A program made the position numbers and the translations under genes. From an uncultured virus (IMG/VR IMGVR_UViG_3300009419_000009) (lineage: Duplodnaviria; Heunggongvirae; Uroviricota; Caudoviricetes): a DNA stretch of 59,177 bases. Below are positions 27,321-37,200 of this stretch, one piece after another (the first letter of the stretch is position 1; the number at the start of each line of letters is the position of its first letter). Location: positions 62,001 to 121,177 of the IMG/VR virus record IMGVR_UViG_3300009419_000009, one strand, 5' to 3'. The notes below the pieces were generated by a model, which saw nothing but the letters and a program-made list of their open reading frames with translations, had not been told where the DNA came from and searched no databases.

Positions 27321-29064
27321 AACTTGTGAATCCGTTTTCTTTTGTGACTGTTAGCACGTTGTTTACTCGACTGGTCAGTTCGTCTTTGTGTGATACCAAC
27401 CAAACAGATTTATTACGATCACGTGACATCTTCTTGAGAATAGACAAGGCGGCTTCTACACCTGAACTGTCCATACCTGAGTCAACCACTTCGTCAATAA
27501 ACATCAAATTGATAGGCTGATACAAACTTTCCCACACATCACGGAACGCCCAGGACAATGACAGGATCAAACGATTGCGTTCGCCTCGGCTCAAGTTATC
27601 AAAGTCCAGCTCACGTCCTAGCTCTGTGATGTTCACTGTGAGATCGTTTTGGAATATCACAGTGTGCGGTAGTCCAATCTTGTCCAAGTAGTGACTCAGT
27701 CGTTGATTTAGATAAGTTAAATTTTGATCAATGATGCGTTTGCGCACATAACTGTCTTTGCTGGTCAAGAGCTTGAGCAAGAAGTCTTGATGATCACGCA
27801 AACTTACCAAGCGGTTCATTTCATCGTAATCAATTTCTTCTACTGCTTTGTTTTCCATTTCTGTAATTTGTTCAGCATAAGGATCTGCTTCGTCCTGTTT
27901 GGCTGTGATTTGACTCAATATATTGCCCAAGCTCGCACGATGTTCAAATGCATCTGCTTCTTTGTCGTAGAATGTTTCTGGAACTGGTCCAAGCTCGCCT
28001 AGTGCCTGTAGTGCATCAGTATGCTCCATCCACTGAGTATTTGTTGCCAGTGCTTGTAGTGCGGCTTCTTGCAGACTTTTACGTTTGTCAGCCAACACCT
28101 GCTCATGCTTTTCATCATGCATTTCCTGTCCACAAGCATAGCACTTGTGTTCTTCCAGTTGAGCAATTTCTGCTTTGAGCTTGGCAATGGTCTTGTTTTC
28201 TTTGGCTTCGTCAACTTCGCAACGTGCAATATATTTTTGTAAATCAGCACGATCCTTGACCAATTGAGTGTGCCGCACCAGATCTTGATGTGCTAGCAGT
28301 TCGGCTTCGATGTCAATCTTGCCCAGCTCGTCATAGGCTATTGCTAGCTTGTCAAGATCTTCTTGCTTTTTACGTAGCCACAAAGTTTGTCGTCGACGCA
28401 GATTTTCAATTTGATCTTCCATGCGTTTGTTGGCATCACGCACAGCATTGATACGATATTCTTCCTTGGTTATAGATTCTTTGCCAAGTTTGATTTGTTC
28501 TTTGAGATTTTCTGCTTTTTCACTCAGTTGTGTAACACCCAACAGTTGCTCAATCAACACACGCTGATCCGCGGCTCTTAGACTCAGGAAAGGTTCAGTG
28601 TAGGTGTTCAGTGCAACAATATGTTTGAACATTTCATGGCTCATGCCCAACAGTTGTTCAATTGCATGCTGTGTTTCGCGACTGTCACCTTGGCTTTCGT
28701 CTTTGACTTCTTGTTCTTGGTCGCCAATAAAAAACTTCATGATGTTGGGCTTGCGTCCACGTTCAACTCTATAGGTTTGTCCGTTGTTTTCAAACTCAAG
28801 ATTGACTATCATGGCTTTGCCATTGGTCTTGTTAATCAAGTTTTCTTTGCGAATACGAGTAAGAGCTTCACCGTACATGGCATAACTCAGGGCATTGATA
28901 ATTGTAGTTTTGCCTGTGCCATTACGTGCGCCAGTATCATCTCCGCCTAGATCCAAGTTTTGTCCTAGTACCAAGGTCAAATCATTTCTATTGAAATTCA
29001 CAGCCTGAGTTACATTACCCACGCTCATGAAGTTTTTAACAGTTAGAGTTTTTATTTTGAGCAT
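27295..29064 (-). CDS. gp46: Recombination endonuclease ATPase subunit (Rad50/SbcC-like, 589 aa)
   Basis: KNFMS.G, Walker A GARNGTGKT, coiled coil with CYAC zinc hook, LSRGE signature, FIDE Walker B, VSH. Confidence 0.95.
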   Translation of the reverse strand: MLKIKTLTVKNFMSVGNVTQAVNFNRNDLTLVLGQNLDLGGDDTGARNGTGKTTIINALSYAMYGEALTRIRKENLINKTNGKAMIVNLEFENNGQTYRVERGRKPNIMKFFIGDQEQEVKDESQGDSRETQHAIEQLLGMSHEMFKHIVALNTYTEPFLSLRAADQRVLIEQLLGVTQLSEKAENLKEQIKLGKESITKEEYRINAVRDANKRMEDQIENLRRRQTLWLRKKQEDLDKLAIAYDELGKIDIEAELLAHQDLVRHTQLVKDRADLQKYIARCEVDEAKENKTIAKLKAEIAQLEEHKCYACGQEMHDEKHEQVLADKRKSLQEAALQALATNTQWMEHTDALQALGELGPVPETFYDKEADAFEHRASLGNILSQITAKQDEADPYAEQITEMENKAVEEIDYDEMNRLVSLRDHQDFLLKLLTSKDSYVRKRIIDQNLTYLNQRLSHYLDKIGLPHTVIFQNDLTVNITELGRELDFDNLSRGERNRLILSLSWAFRDVWESLYQPINLMFIDEVVDSGMDSSGVEAALSILKKMSRDRNKSVWLVSHKDELTSRVNNVLTVTKENGFTSYGTDTDIV

Positions 29065-30011
29065 TTTTGTGTACAGATTAAATTAGGTGATTGATTGAAA
29101 CTTGCCGGATATCTTTTTTGCCACAGGTCACCATTGATTATGTCCTCTAATGTGCTAGTGTAGAGATTTATTTGGTCAAAGTCAATAGCCAGCGTGTTCC
29201 TAAAATGATAGTTGACCACTTCATAGGTTAGTTTTTGTTGTGTGGCCTTGTGCCACCCCATGAGATAACAGCAGGGCCATACTGTGCCATCAGCATAGAT
29301 AGATATCCATCCTTCGCGCTGACTTTCGCATGAAATTTTTCCAGTTGTGGGTTTTATGAAATCTTTTTCAACAAAAGTCACTGTGGCTGGCACAAGTTCT
29401 AGATTGGCAGGCTGTAGGTGTGCCTGCGACTGGTCTTTCAAGTTGAATCTATCTTGCCGCAGTACAAAAAACTTTTCAAAATTCAGTTGCTCACTCAACT
29501 GCTTACAAGACTCTATTTGATGTGCATTGTGTTCAAACAAAATAAACTGCCAATGTGCATGGCCACCACCTTGCACAAATGCCTGGGCATTGTCAATAAT
29601 CTTTTGCCAATTGGTATTGGTTCTGTAGATTTCGTGTGTATCTTCAAGTCCGTCAATGCCAAATACCACACTGTGATTGTGTTTGCTCAATAGTTTGCCC
29701 AGTTGTTGCCACCAGCTGGTACTGCGCAAACTGCCATTGGTGTGTATGTTGATCTCAGCGGTGGTATTGCAAACAACCCACTCAATGATATTGAAAATAT
29801 CTGGGTGCATGATGTTGTCACCCGTGGTACCATTAAAATTGATTGTTTTGAGATTTTGCCATACATGCAACGGAACCTGTTTGACAACGTGATGCCAGTC
29901 CAGCGTGTCATTGGTACGCATGCCCGGGTGTCGCAAACACTGGACACATCCTGCATTGCAGTTGTTTATGGTTTCAACGTCTAACACAACTATGTCGTTA
30001 ACAGTCAGCAT
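29052..30011 (-). CDS. Radical SAM protein with twitch/SPASM-like domain (319 aa)
   Basis: CNAGCVQC, GTTGD, TNGS, FGIDG; C...ISIYADGTVWPCCY...C...C. Confidence 0.9.
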   Translation of the reverse strand: MLTVNDIVVLDVETINNCNAGCVQCLRHPGMRTNDTLDWHHVVKQVPLHVWQNLKTINFNGTTGDNIMHPDIFNIIEWVVCNTTAEINIHTNGSLRSTSWWQQLGKLLSKHNHSVVFGIDGLEDTHEIYRTNTNWQKIIDNAQAFVQGGGHAHWQFILFEHNAHQIESCKQLSEQLNFEKFFVLRQDRFNLKDQSQAHLQPANLELVPATVTFVEKDFIKPTTGKISCESQREGWISIYADGTVWPCCYLMGWHKATQQKLTYEVVNYHFRNTLAIDFDQINLYTSTLEDIINGDLWQKRYPASFNQSPNLICTQKCSK

Positions 30012-31122
30012 TTAGTCGTTCAACCAGTTCTGGAAAAGACTCTGCAACACTGTTGCCACGACGGAGGTCTAGTTTTTGGCAATAGTCAAGTATGTCCTGC
30101 GCGGCACTGTAATGCGGCGTGTGCAGTTGTGTTTGTATTTGTTTGATTGAAGGATTATCAATGCCGTTGAGTCGACTGTGTATCCAGGCTCGAGTTTTTA
30201 CCGGAGCTCGATGCATGTTAAGAATCAATGGATCCTGCAACTTGTTGTAGAACACTTCAAGATCATTTGTTTTGCAAAATTCTTCTACTTCTGCAAGATA
30301 ACCCACATTGAATATACTGGTCGTGTGCAAGATCAGCAGTCTAACTTTTTGTAGCTTTTTATATTGTTGAATATTTTTAACCAAAGTATCCCAACTGGCC
30401 GGAAATCTTAAATATTCAAATCTACTACCAATGCCATCCATGCTGATGTTTATATCAACTCGTTTGAAGTGCTGCCAGTATTCCAATTGCTCATCAGGCA
30501 TGCGTGTACCATTGGTGGTGTACAACAAGGTAATGTGTTTGGAATGTCCAGATTCAACCAAGTACTTGAATAAATCAGCTTGTTCTTGTTCCAACATCAT
30601 GAACGGTTCACCGCCAATAAATTCTATCATACCAATACCTGCGGCACGGTCTCTCAAACTCTGCCAGACTGGATCAGTTTTTTTCAGCATGATAGGACGA
30701 CTGGCTGGATCACCAAACTTTTTGTTTTCGCTAATCCAGCCAGTACTTACATCATCATTACAGGTAACACAGCGAAGATTGCAGTGATTTCCCAATCTTA
30801 CATAGTAACGAACAAACTCATCCTGTACAACATCCAATGCTGGCTTGTACTTGTAGTCAAACACTTGACTGTAGAGTTGATTGTCTCGCAATCGCTTACT
30901 GGAATATCCTTGTGATTCTTCCTCCCAGCAATGCACACAATCTTTGACAGGAACTCCGTCTAGTAATTGTTTTTTAAGCGTGGCAAGTTCAGTACTGTTG
31001 GCATATTCATTGATACTTGCAAATCCGTGGGACGAGGCGTAGACACAACAAGGGCTATAACCTTGCCCAAATTGATAGTTTATAGAAATCCATGGATTAA
31101 CGCAAAAGGTTTTTTCATTCAT
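29998..31122 (-). CDS. Radical SAM protein with N-terminal Cys-rich (twitch-like) domain (374 aa)
   Basis: FCVNPW...PCC...CVHCW then CNLRCVTC, GGEPF, TNGT, SMDG. Confidence 0.9.
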   Translation of the reverse strand: MNEKTFCVNPWISINYQFGQGYSPCCVYASSHGFASINEYANSTELATLKKQLLDGVPVKDCVHCWEEESQGYSSKRLRDNQLYSQVFDYKYKPALDVVQDEFVRYYVRLGNHCNLRCVTCNDDVSTGWISENKKFGDPASRPIMLKKTDPVWQSLRDRAAGIGMIEFIGGEPFMMLEQEQADLFKYLVESGHSKHITLLYTTNGTRMPDEQLEYWQHFKRVDINISMDGIGSRFEYLRFPASWDTLVKNIQQYKKLQKVRLLILHTTSIFNVGYLAEVEEFCKTNDLEVFYNKLQDPLILNMHRAPVKTRAWIHSRLNGIDNPSIKQIQTQLHTPHYSAAQDILDYCQKLDLRRGNSVAESFPELVERLNADC

Positions 31123-32131
31123 AGATGTTTGTAGATATCCAGCAATAGATTTCTATCATAATGCTCACTGGATATTGCGTTTAACTGATTTTGCACTATG
31201 GTATCAACGCTTTCAAATTTGATTTCACCTTGTGTTCCGTCCACCATTTCTACTTCTTTTTTAGGAATCAAACTGAGTTCTCTCAACTGATACGTTTCAA
31301 TGAAAGTTTCTTTGATAAAGTTTGCTTCTTCGTAGCTGAGATCAATGTCAATGTTCACTCGAGCATGCATTCGAGGTTTGAATACCTTTTCTGCATCAGT
31401 GACCACACTGCTCAAACTCAGCACACGATAGGTAGGCTGATCTGGCCATGCGTGATACTCCGGCTCTTTGTCCCATTCCAGGATCATCATGCCGCGATCT
31501 TCGTCACCGTCATCTGCATAGTTGTGCGGAAAACAGTTGCCAATGTATGTGATGTTGTTGGCAGTTTGGCGCTTGTGGAAATGTCCAGTGAATACTTTTT
31601 CAAAGCCCACAAAGTCTTCTCTACGAGCTTCGCCCACATCGGGCATTTGAATCATGGCGTTCATAAAGTAGCCTGGTAATTCAAAGTGTCCAAAGCAGTA
31701 CTTGCCTTTTTTCTTCAGAAGCTTTTTGTGATCATCACCCACTAGCCACGGAGCAATGGTCACATCTCCTTGGCTGAACCAGTCATTGCAAATGTGAATG
31801 TTAGGAAGATGTCGAGCCCATTCTACACTCTGCACATCACGTTTGTCTCTGTAGTACAAGTCATGATTGCCAGGGATAAAATACACAGCATCAAAATTGT
31901 CATTCATATGCTCCAGTGCTTTGAGACTGTAGTTCAAAGTCAGAATGTTCAACGCAGATCTGTTGTTGTGCCAGTCGCCAAGAAACAAGCAGGTTTCAAA
32001 CCTTCTTCTTTGGCTTTGGCGGTGGCCCATTTGACAAACGCCAAACAGTCTTCGTTGTGCGTGATACTGTTGGATTTCAATCCAAAATGGATATCAGTCC
32101 ATACTGCGGCTTTTTTGAATAGATTAGGCAT
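31119..32131 (-). pseudogene. gp47: Recombination endonuclease nuclease subunit (Mre11/SbcD-like), broken by a 1-nt frameshift near 31998 (mutation or assembly error)
   Basis: TDIHFG in ORF 31949-32131; LGDW, GNHD, GHFE, GHFH in ORF 31119-32030; frames join at KEEG|ETCLFLGD. Confidence 0.85.
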
Positions 32132-32139
32132 AGTAACTT

Positions 32140-32168
32140 ATTATAGACACAATTCGTTTGAAATGCAA
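32140..32168 (-). promoter_or_regulatory. sigma70-type promoter TTGCAT-17-TATAAT for the gp47-radical SAM-gp46 operon
   Basis: -35 at 32168-32163, -10 at 32145-32140, 17-nt spacer, ATG 8 nt downstream. Confidence 0.75.
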
Positions 32169-32181
32169 CTAAGTTGGCAAT

Positions 32182-33069
32182 CTACTCTTCGTGACCGCCG
32201 CCTCCACTGCTGGCCATTTGACGTGTGTAACTTGGGTTCAAGTTGTTCATTTGCAAGATGTCGTCCCTTAGATTCTGGTTGCGTTTTTCAATGTTAAGCA
32301 CACGAGTGAATGAGTTGGTAATAGCTGCCGTGTAATAAGCAAATGGATTTTGACTCTTGCTTTCATCAAACTGCAAACCAATCTGACTCAACTGTAGCAG
32401 AGCTTGTGAGCGCATTTCATCATTGTATGTGTAGCCACGCCAGTTAGATCTTGTGGCATAGCGTTCACACAGTTTCATAAACATGTGAGCCAGCTTGTTG
32501 GTCATTGCTCCGTGGTCTCTAGAATAGCATCCTGTGTCTGGATCGCCTTTCCAATGACTGATGCCCACTACCACTTGCAACAGGTTGTCTTCTGTGTCAC
32601 GAGCAAGTTTTATGTGCTTGAACGGCGGAAAATTAACCTTGACAAATTTGGTAGGCTTGGCCGGCTCGTCAGCATCGTACTCGGTGTCTGCGGAGTCTTC
32701 ATCTTCTTCAATCACAGGTTCAGCTTTGCCACGTTTTTTGCTGACTTTTACAATTTCTTGTGTGGGCACATGTTCCCATGTCATGACACGAAACACTACT
32801 TCGTCTTCGGGAATCTTGGTATGCTTGATCAAAAAATCTTCTAGTTTGGCCTTGGTTCCGCCCAGCAAGGCTTCTTCTTGGGCAATTTTAGCCAGGCGCT
32901 CGGCACGATTTTTCTTTGCTTCGGTTATGTCTTTTTTAGTAATTTTTCGCCCGTCAGTGATGATCATGTCGTAATCAGCATCCAGTGGGTTTTTATACCA
33001 GCAGTAGGTGTTCTTACTCTTGTGTATCTCTTTCAAGATATCTTTATTGTTGAGATAATTGTGCTTCAT
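32182..33069 (-). CDS. gp55: Late transcription sigma factor, T4 gp55 family (295 aa)
   Basis: NYLNNKD.L, NWRGYTYNDEM, FDESKS.NPFAYYT....NSF.R.L..EK; start at ATG 33069 with TAAGGA RBS. Confidence 0.92.
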   Translation of the reverse strand: MKHNYLNNKDILKEIHKSKNTYCWYKNPLDADYDMIITDGRKITKKDITEAKKNRAERLAKIAQEEALLGGTKAKLEDFLIKHTKIPEDEVVFRVMTWEHVPTQEIVKVSKKRGKAEPVIEEDEDSADTEYDADEPAKPTKFVKVNFPPFKHIKLARDTEDNLLQVVVGISHWKGDPDTGCYSRDHGAMTNKLAHMFMKLCERYATRSNWRGYTYNDEMRSQALLQLSQIGLQFDESKSQNPFAYYTAAITNSFTRVLNIEKRNQNLRDDILQMNNLNPSYTRQMASSGGGGHEE

Positions 33070-33100
33070 GTTTAGCAGTATCCTTATAAAACTACCACTT

Positions 33101-33129
33101 ATTTTAGCAGGTAAATAGTACAAAAGCAA
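33101..33129 (-). promoter_or_regulatory. sigma70-type promoter of gp55, TTGCTT-17-TAAAAT with extended -10 TG
   Basis: -35 at 33129-33124, -10 at 33106-33101. Confidence 0.7.
33110..33117 (+). promoter_or_regulatory. Late promoter GGTAAATA of the baseplate operon
   Basis: TAAATA core upstream of ATG 33142. Confidence 0.75.
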
Positions 33130-33141
33130 GAGGTTTTTACC

Positions 33142-33978
33142 ATGCCAGACAGATTAAAAAATGCGTTACCCGGAGGCCTGCCCAAATATGTGGACATTGG
33201 CCAGACCAAACTTCCTAACAACAGCGCAATTCTGAATGCGCAAACTGCTCTTCAACGCAAAACTGAAAAACTTGACAAAACAAAAGACTGGCGAGTTCGT
33301 ATCAGTCTTCCTCCAGGTAGCAAATTTGCCTTTAGAGGCCAAAGCGGCCAACCAAATGGCAATACCAGAGACAACGGAGAAGGCGGAACTTATAGCACAC
33401 TAGGCTTTATGTATCCTCTCTCTGACGCTGCTGGCCCAGACGGAGTAGTGTTTCCACAAACACCTTCAATTACTGTTACTCATAATGCAAGATATCAAGA
33501 ACAAGCTCTAACGCATAGCAACTATAAAAGTTACTTTTACGAAGGTAGCGATGTTGCGGCAATTCAGATAGCTGGAGTATTTACCTGTCAAAATGCCGCA
33601 GAAGCAGAATATGTCATGGCCTGCGTACAGTTCTTGAGAGCTTGTACCAAGATGTTTTTTGGAAAAACTCAATCTGGCAGTAGCCACCCATCGGGTACTC
33701 CTCCTACACTGGTAAGACTCAGTGGGTACGGAGATTTTTATCTGCCCGACCTAACCTGTGTGGTCACTTCAGTTGCACACACCATGCCTGACGATTGCGA
33801 CTACATTAAATTTAGAACTGTTGACGGCGAAAACTATGGTTGGATGCCAACAGTAAGCACTCTCACAGTTACCCTACAACCAGTAGTCAGCCGCAAACGA
33901 CAAGCCGAAGAAATAAGTTTAGACAAATTTGTAAACGCAGAATACATATCTAGAAATGGCAGTGGAGGACTTATCTAA
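33142..33978 (+). CDS. Probable baseplate-tail tube junction protein (gp48/gp54-like, 278 aa)
   Basis: DWRVRISL, GVVFPQTP.I, THSNY, FLR..TKM.FG, G.PP..L.GYG; position before a gp53-like gene. Confidence 0.6.
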   Translation: MPDRLKNALPGGLPKYVDIGQTKLPNNSAILNAQTALQRKTEKLDKTKDWRVRISLPPGSKFAFRGQSGQPNGNTRDNGEGGTYSTLGFMYPLSDAAGPDGVVFPQTPSITVTHNARYQEQALTHSNYKSYFYEGSDVAAIQIAGVFTCQNAAEAEYVMACVQFLRACTKMFFGKTQSGSSHPSGTPPTLVRLSGYGDFYLPDLTCVVTSVAHTMPDDCDYIKFRTVDGENYGWMPTVSTLTVTLQPVVSRKRQAEEISLDKFVNAEYISRNGSGGLI

Positions 33979-34277
33979 TGGCCACCTATGGTAAAAACAG
34001 TCCCTACTATAACACTCCGCAGTATGGTACTTTCCTAGACATACTTGAAAAACGTTCTATTCCTTTTAGAAAAGACGACACAATATATGTGATTGAACGT
34101 GCATATCAATATCGTCCTGATCTGCTGGCATATGATTTATATGGTGATGCAGGCTTGTGGTGGGTGTTTATCGTGCGCAACCCAAATATCATCACAGATC
34201 CAATTGGCGATTTTGTGCCCGGGCTTTCAATCAGACTGCCCAAGCAACAGGATTTGATCACAGCATTGGGATTGTAA
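33978..34277 (+). CDS. gp53: Baseplate wedge protein, gp53/LysM-like (99 aa)
   Basis: YRPDLLAYDLYGD..LWWVF..RNP...DP..DF.PG..I.LP. Confidence 0.85.
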   Translation: MATYGKNSPYYNTPQYGTFLDILEKRSIPFRKDDTIYVIERAYQYRPDLLAYDLYGDAGLWWVFIVRNPNIITDPIGDFVPGLSIRLPKQQDLITALGL

Positions 34278-34281
34278 GTCA

Positions 34282-37200
34282 ATGTCTAATCGTAAATTTT
34301 TCAAAGACCTCACACCGGGTGAACTACAATATCTCCGGAGCAATGCTGCCGCGATAGGACTATCAGATCCAACTATTCTATTACGACGTGATGATGGTAC
34401 AACTAAATTTGATGAATATCTCAGTCCGCAACAGAGAGACAATCTTTTTAATCTGTTGGATCGACCATCTGTTCGAGAAGCTACCATCAGATTTGATCAG
34501 GCCTGGAACAATGTCCCCACACTAGATCGCGGAAATCTTACCAATGCTGATCTCAACATCAGTATTGCCAATGGTGGTGTTTTTGTAGCACCAACAGTGT
34601 TGACTGCAGATCAAGCTCGAGCACGAGGCATTGCAGGCTATGATGCCATAAAAGAAGTTGTAACATCAAGGCCACCTGTGGCCAGCGTTGAAGTGACCGC
34701 AGCCGTATCACGGTCTGGTGATTATTTTAGATTGTCACAAAAACAAACTATTGCCGAACAAAGTGCCGCAGAAACTGCAATACGCGGTCGCAATGGTGGT
34801 GCGCCAGTTACTGGTGTACGTACTGATGCCACCACGGGTGTTGTAACTGTTAGAGATAACAAAGGTGATCAGTATGTTCTAAATCGAGACGAGCAAGAAG
34901 TGTTTGTCAAGCAGAGACAAACGCAGTTTTCTGTTGTGGAACAAGAAGAAAACGAACTACGATATTTTAGAAGCTGGGCCGAAGAACGAGGTGTTGATCG
35001 AGCAGAAATAGATGCTGCTTTTAATTACAGAGTACTGAATCCCGCCACTAACACCTTACAGTTGCCAACAACAGTCAATTCAGATTTTCAAAATCACCTG
35101 GCAGAATACAAAGCCGCAAACGGTCGTTTGCCTTTTGCTACACCTGCAACAAATCTTGAACAATTTGGAATAGTGTCTCAGCAAACCCTTATTGCAGAAG
35201 CAGATAGCAGGAGCAGACCACCAGGCAGTGGTGCTGGCGACAAACTTGAATCAACAAACAGTGTGGACACTGCTGTAACGCTGACCGAAGCTGAACGTGC
35301 TCGCTTGGCTGCAAACGCTGCCAATGATTCTCTAAAACGTGAAATAATCACAAACGGAACAGCACCAGTGGTTGCTCCCACAAAGGTTGTTTCATCGCAA
35401 TCGGCTGTGGTTGAGGTAACAGCCGACAGTAGCGTTGCCGCAAATAGCGTTCAAGTTGACGGATCAGGTACAATCAAGACAACAACAGATTCAGCTGGTA
35501 ATGCGGGCAATAACACAGCGGCAATACAAAACAATCCACTGGACGAATACGAAAGTTATACCTATGGAATTGCATTGCATGTGCTAAAAAAAGATGAATA
35601 CGACAGACTAGCACAAAATTCCAAACAATGGACTCCGCAACACACCCTGATTGCCAGCGCCGGTCGTTGGAATGAGTCAGGGGATCCCGACAACTCAAGC
35701 TATACTGGCGGCAATTTCAAAAGAGCAAAAGGTTGGGAAGATAACTTTTATTTTGACAACTTAAAAATGACTCAGTTGCAGTCGCCCAGTATTATTGGAC
35801 GCGGAACCAACACACTGGACATGGAATTTACCATTATTGAACCATATGGGTTAACACTGTTGGATCGCATGATACGAACTGCAAATGACCTCAAACAATC
35901 AAGTTACATGCACCTGTGCTACATGTTGCAGATAGATTTTTTTGATTCAGTAAAAGGTCTACTGATTGATCATAGAAAATACATACCAATACAACTAATT
36001 GGTATGAATATTAAAGTAAGTGGGAAAGGCTCACAGTATGTTGTCAATGCCGCACCGTTTCATCACAAGGCATTGATGAACACAATTACTACCACACCGC
36101 AACACATGGATGTGATGTCTGGAACTCTTCGTGAAGTTTTTGCCGACACCAATGCCAGCAGTGAGTCGGCAGGCGGCGAAGCAGCCACCATCAACTTTAG
36201 AGAACAACAAGATAATACTGGTCCTAGTAATACCTCGTCTTACACTGGTACCGGTAATGCTAATGGAACAAGGGTAGCAACTGCTGAAGGAAATCCCAGC
36301 GACAAAGTATACCAAGTAAACAGTTATGTTGCAATGTACAACGGCTGGTGGAAAAAAATGAAAGAGCTAAATGCAACTGATCCCCAGTGGGAACCACAGA
36401 ATATAAAAGTTAGGTTCGCAGACGAAATTATCAAATTTGAAAAACTTACTAAACCAGCAAACGCGGTAGTTGCTAAAGGCCCAATGGCCAGGTCTGATGC
36501 CAAGCAAGGTGTTGCTGTGCCTGAAACTACTAAATTTGAAGGGTTTCATTTCAAAGCAGGATCTAACATTATTGAAGTAATTAATACTGTCATGCTGTCA
36601 AGTGAATACATTCGCAGGCAGGTGTTGATATCCAACAAAAACGAAAGCAAGACAGGTCCTATACTCAACACAGTAGACTGGTGGAAAGTTTTGCCACAGG
36701 TGAAACTAAATGGGTTTGACAACGTGCTCAATCGCTGGAGCTATTCTATAACGTATTTTGTTGTACCTTATACAGTCTGGAATACTAAACATCCTAATTT
36801 GCCCAAAAAAAGTCCTGTTCGCGCCAACTGTGTAAAACAATACAATTATCTCTACACAGGTGATAATAGATCAGTTATTGATTTTCAGGTTGAATTTGAC
36901 ATGTTGTATTTTACTACCGTGGCAGGACTCAAACAATACAATATTGATAATACTGGTCGTAAAGAATCTGGTGGCAAAGAAGGCGCAGATCAAACTAACC
37001 CTCAAATAATTTCAGACTCTCGCGGAGCCAACAGCAACACTCTCACACCAGTCACACACAATCTAATACCACATGATGCTAGAAATGCAGGCAACAATCT
37101 TCAGCAGGATCCTATAGCAGTGGCGCTGGGCACAATACAAGACAGTATCTACAGTGGTCCCAATGGGGAGATGCTGACAGTTAATATGAAAATCATTGGA

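Noticed and set aside
31994..32002. Programmed frameshift in gp47
   Set aside because: No X XXY YYZ site; a single missing base explains it more simply
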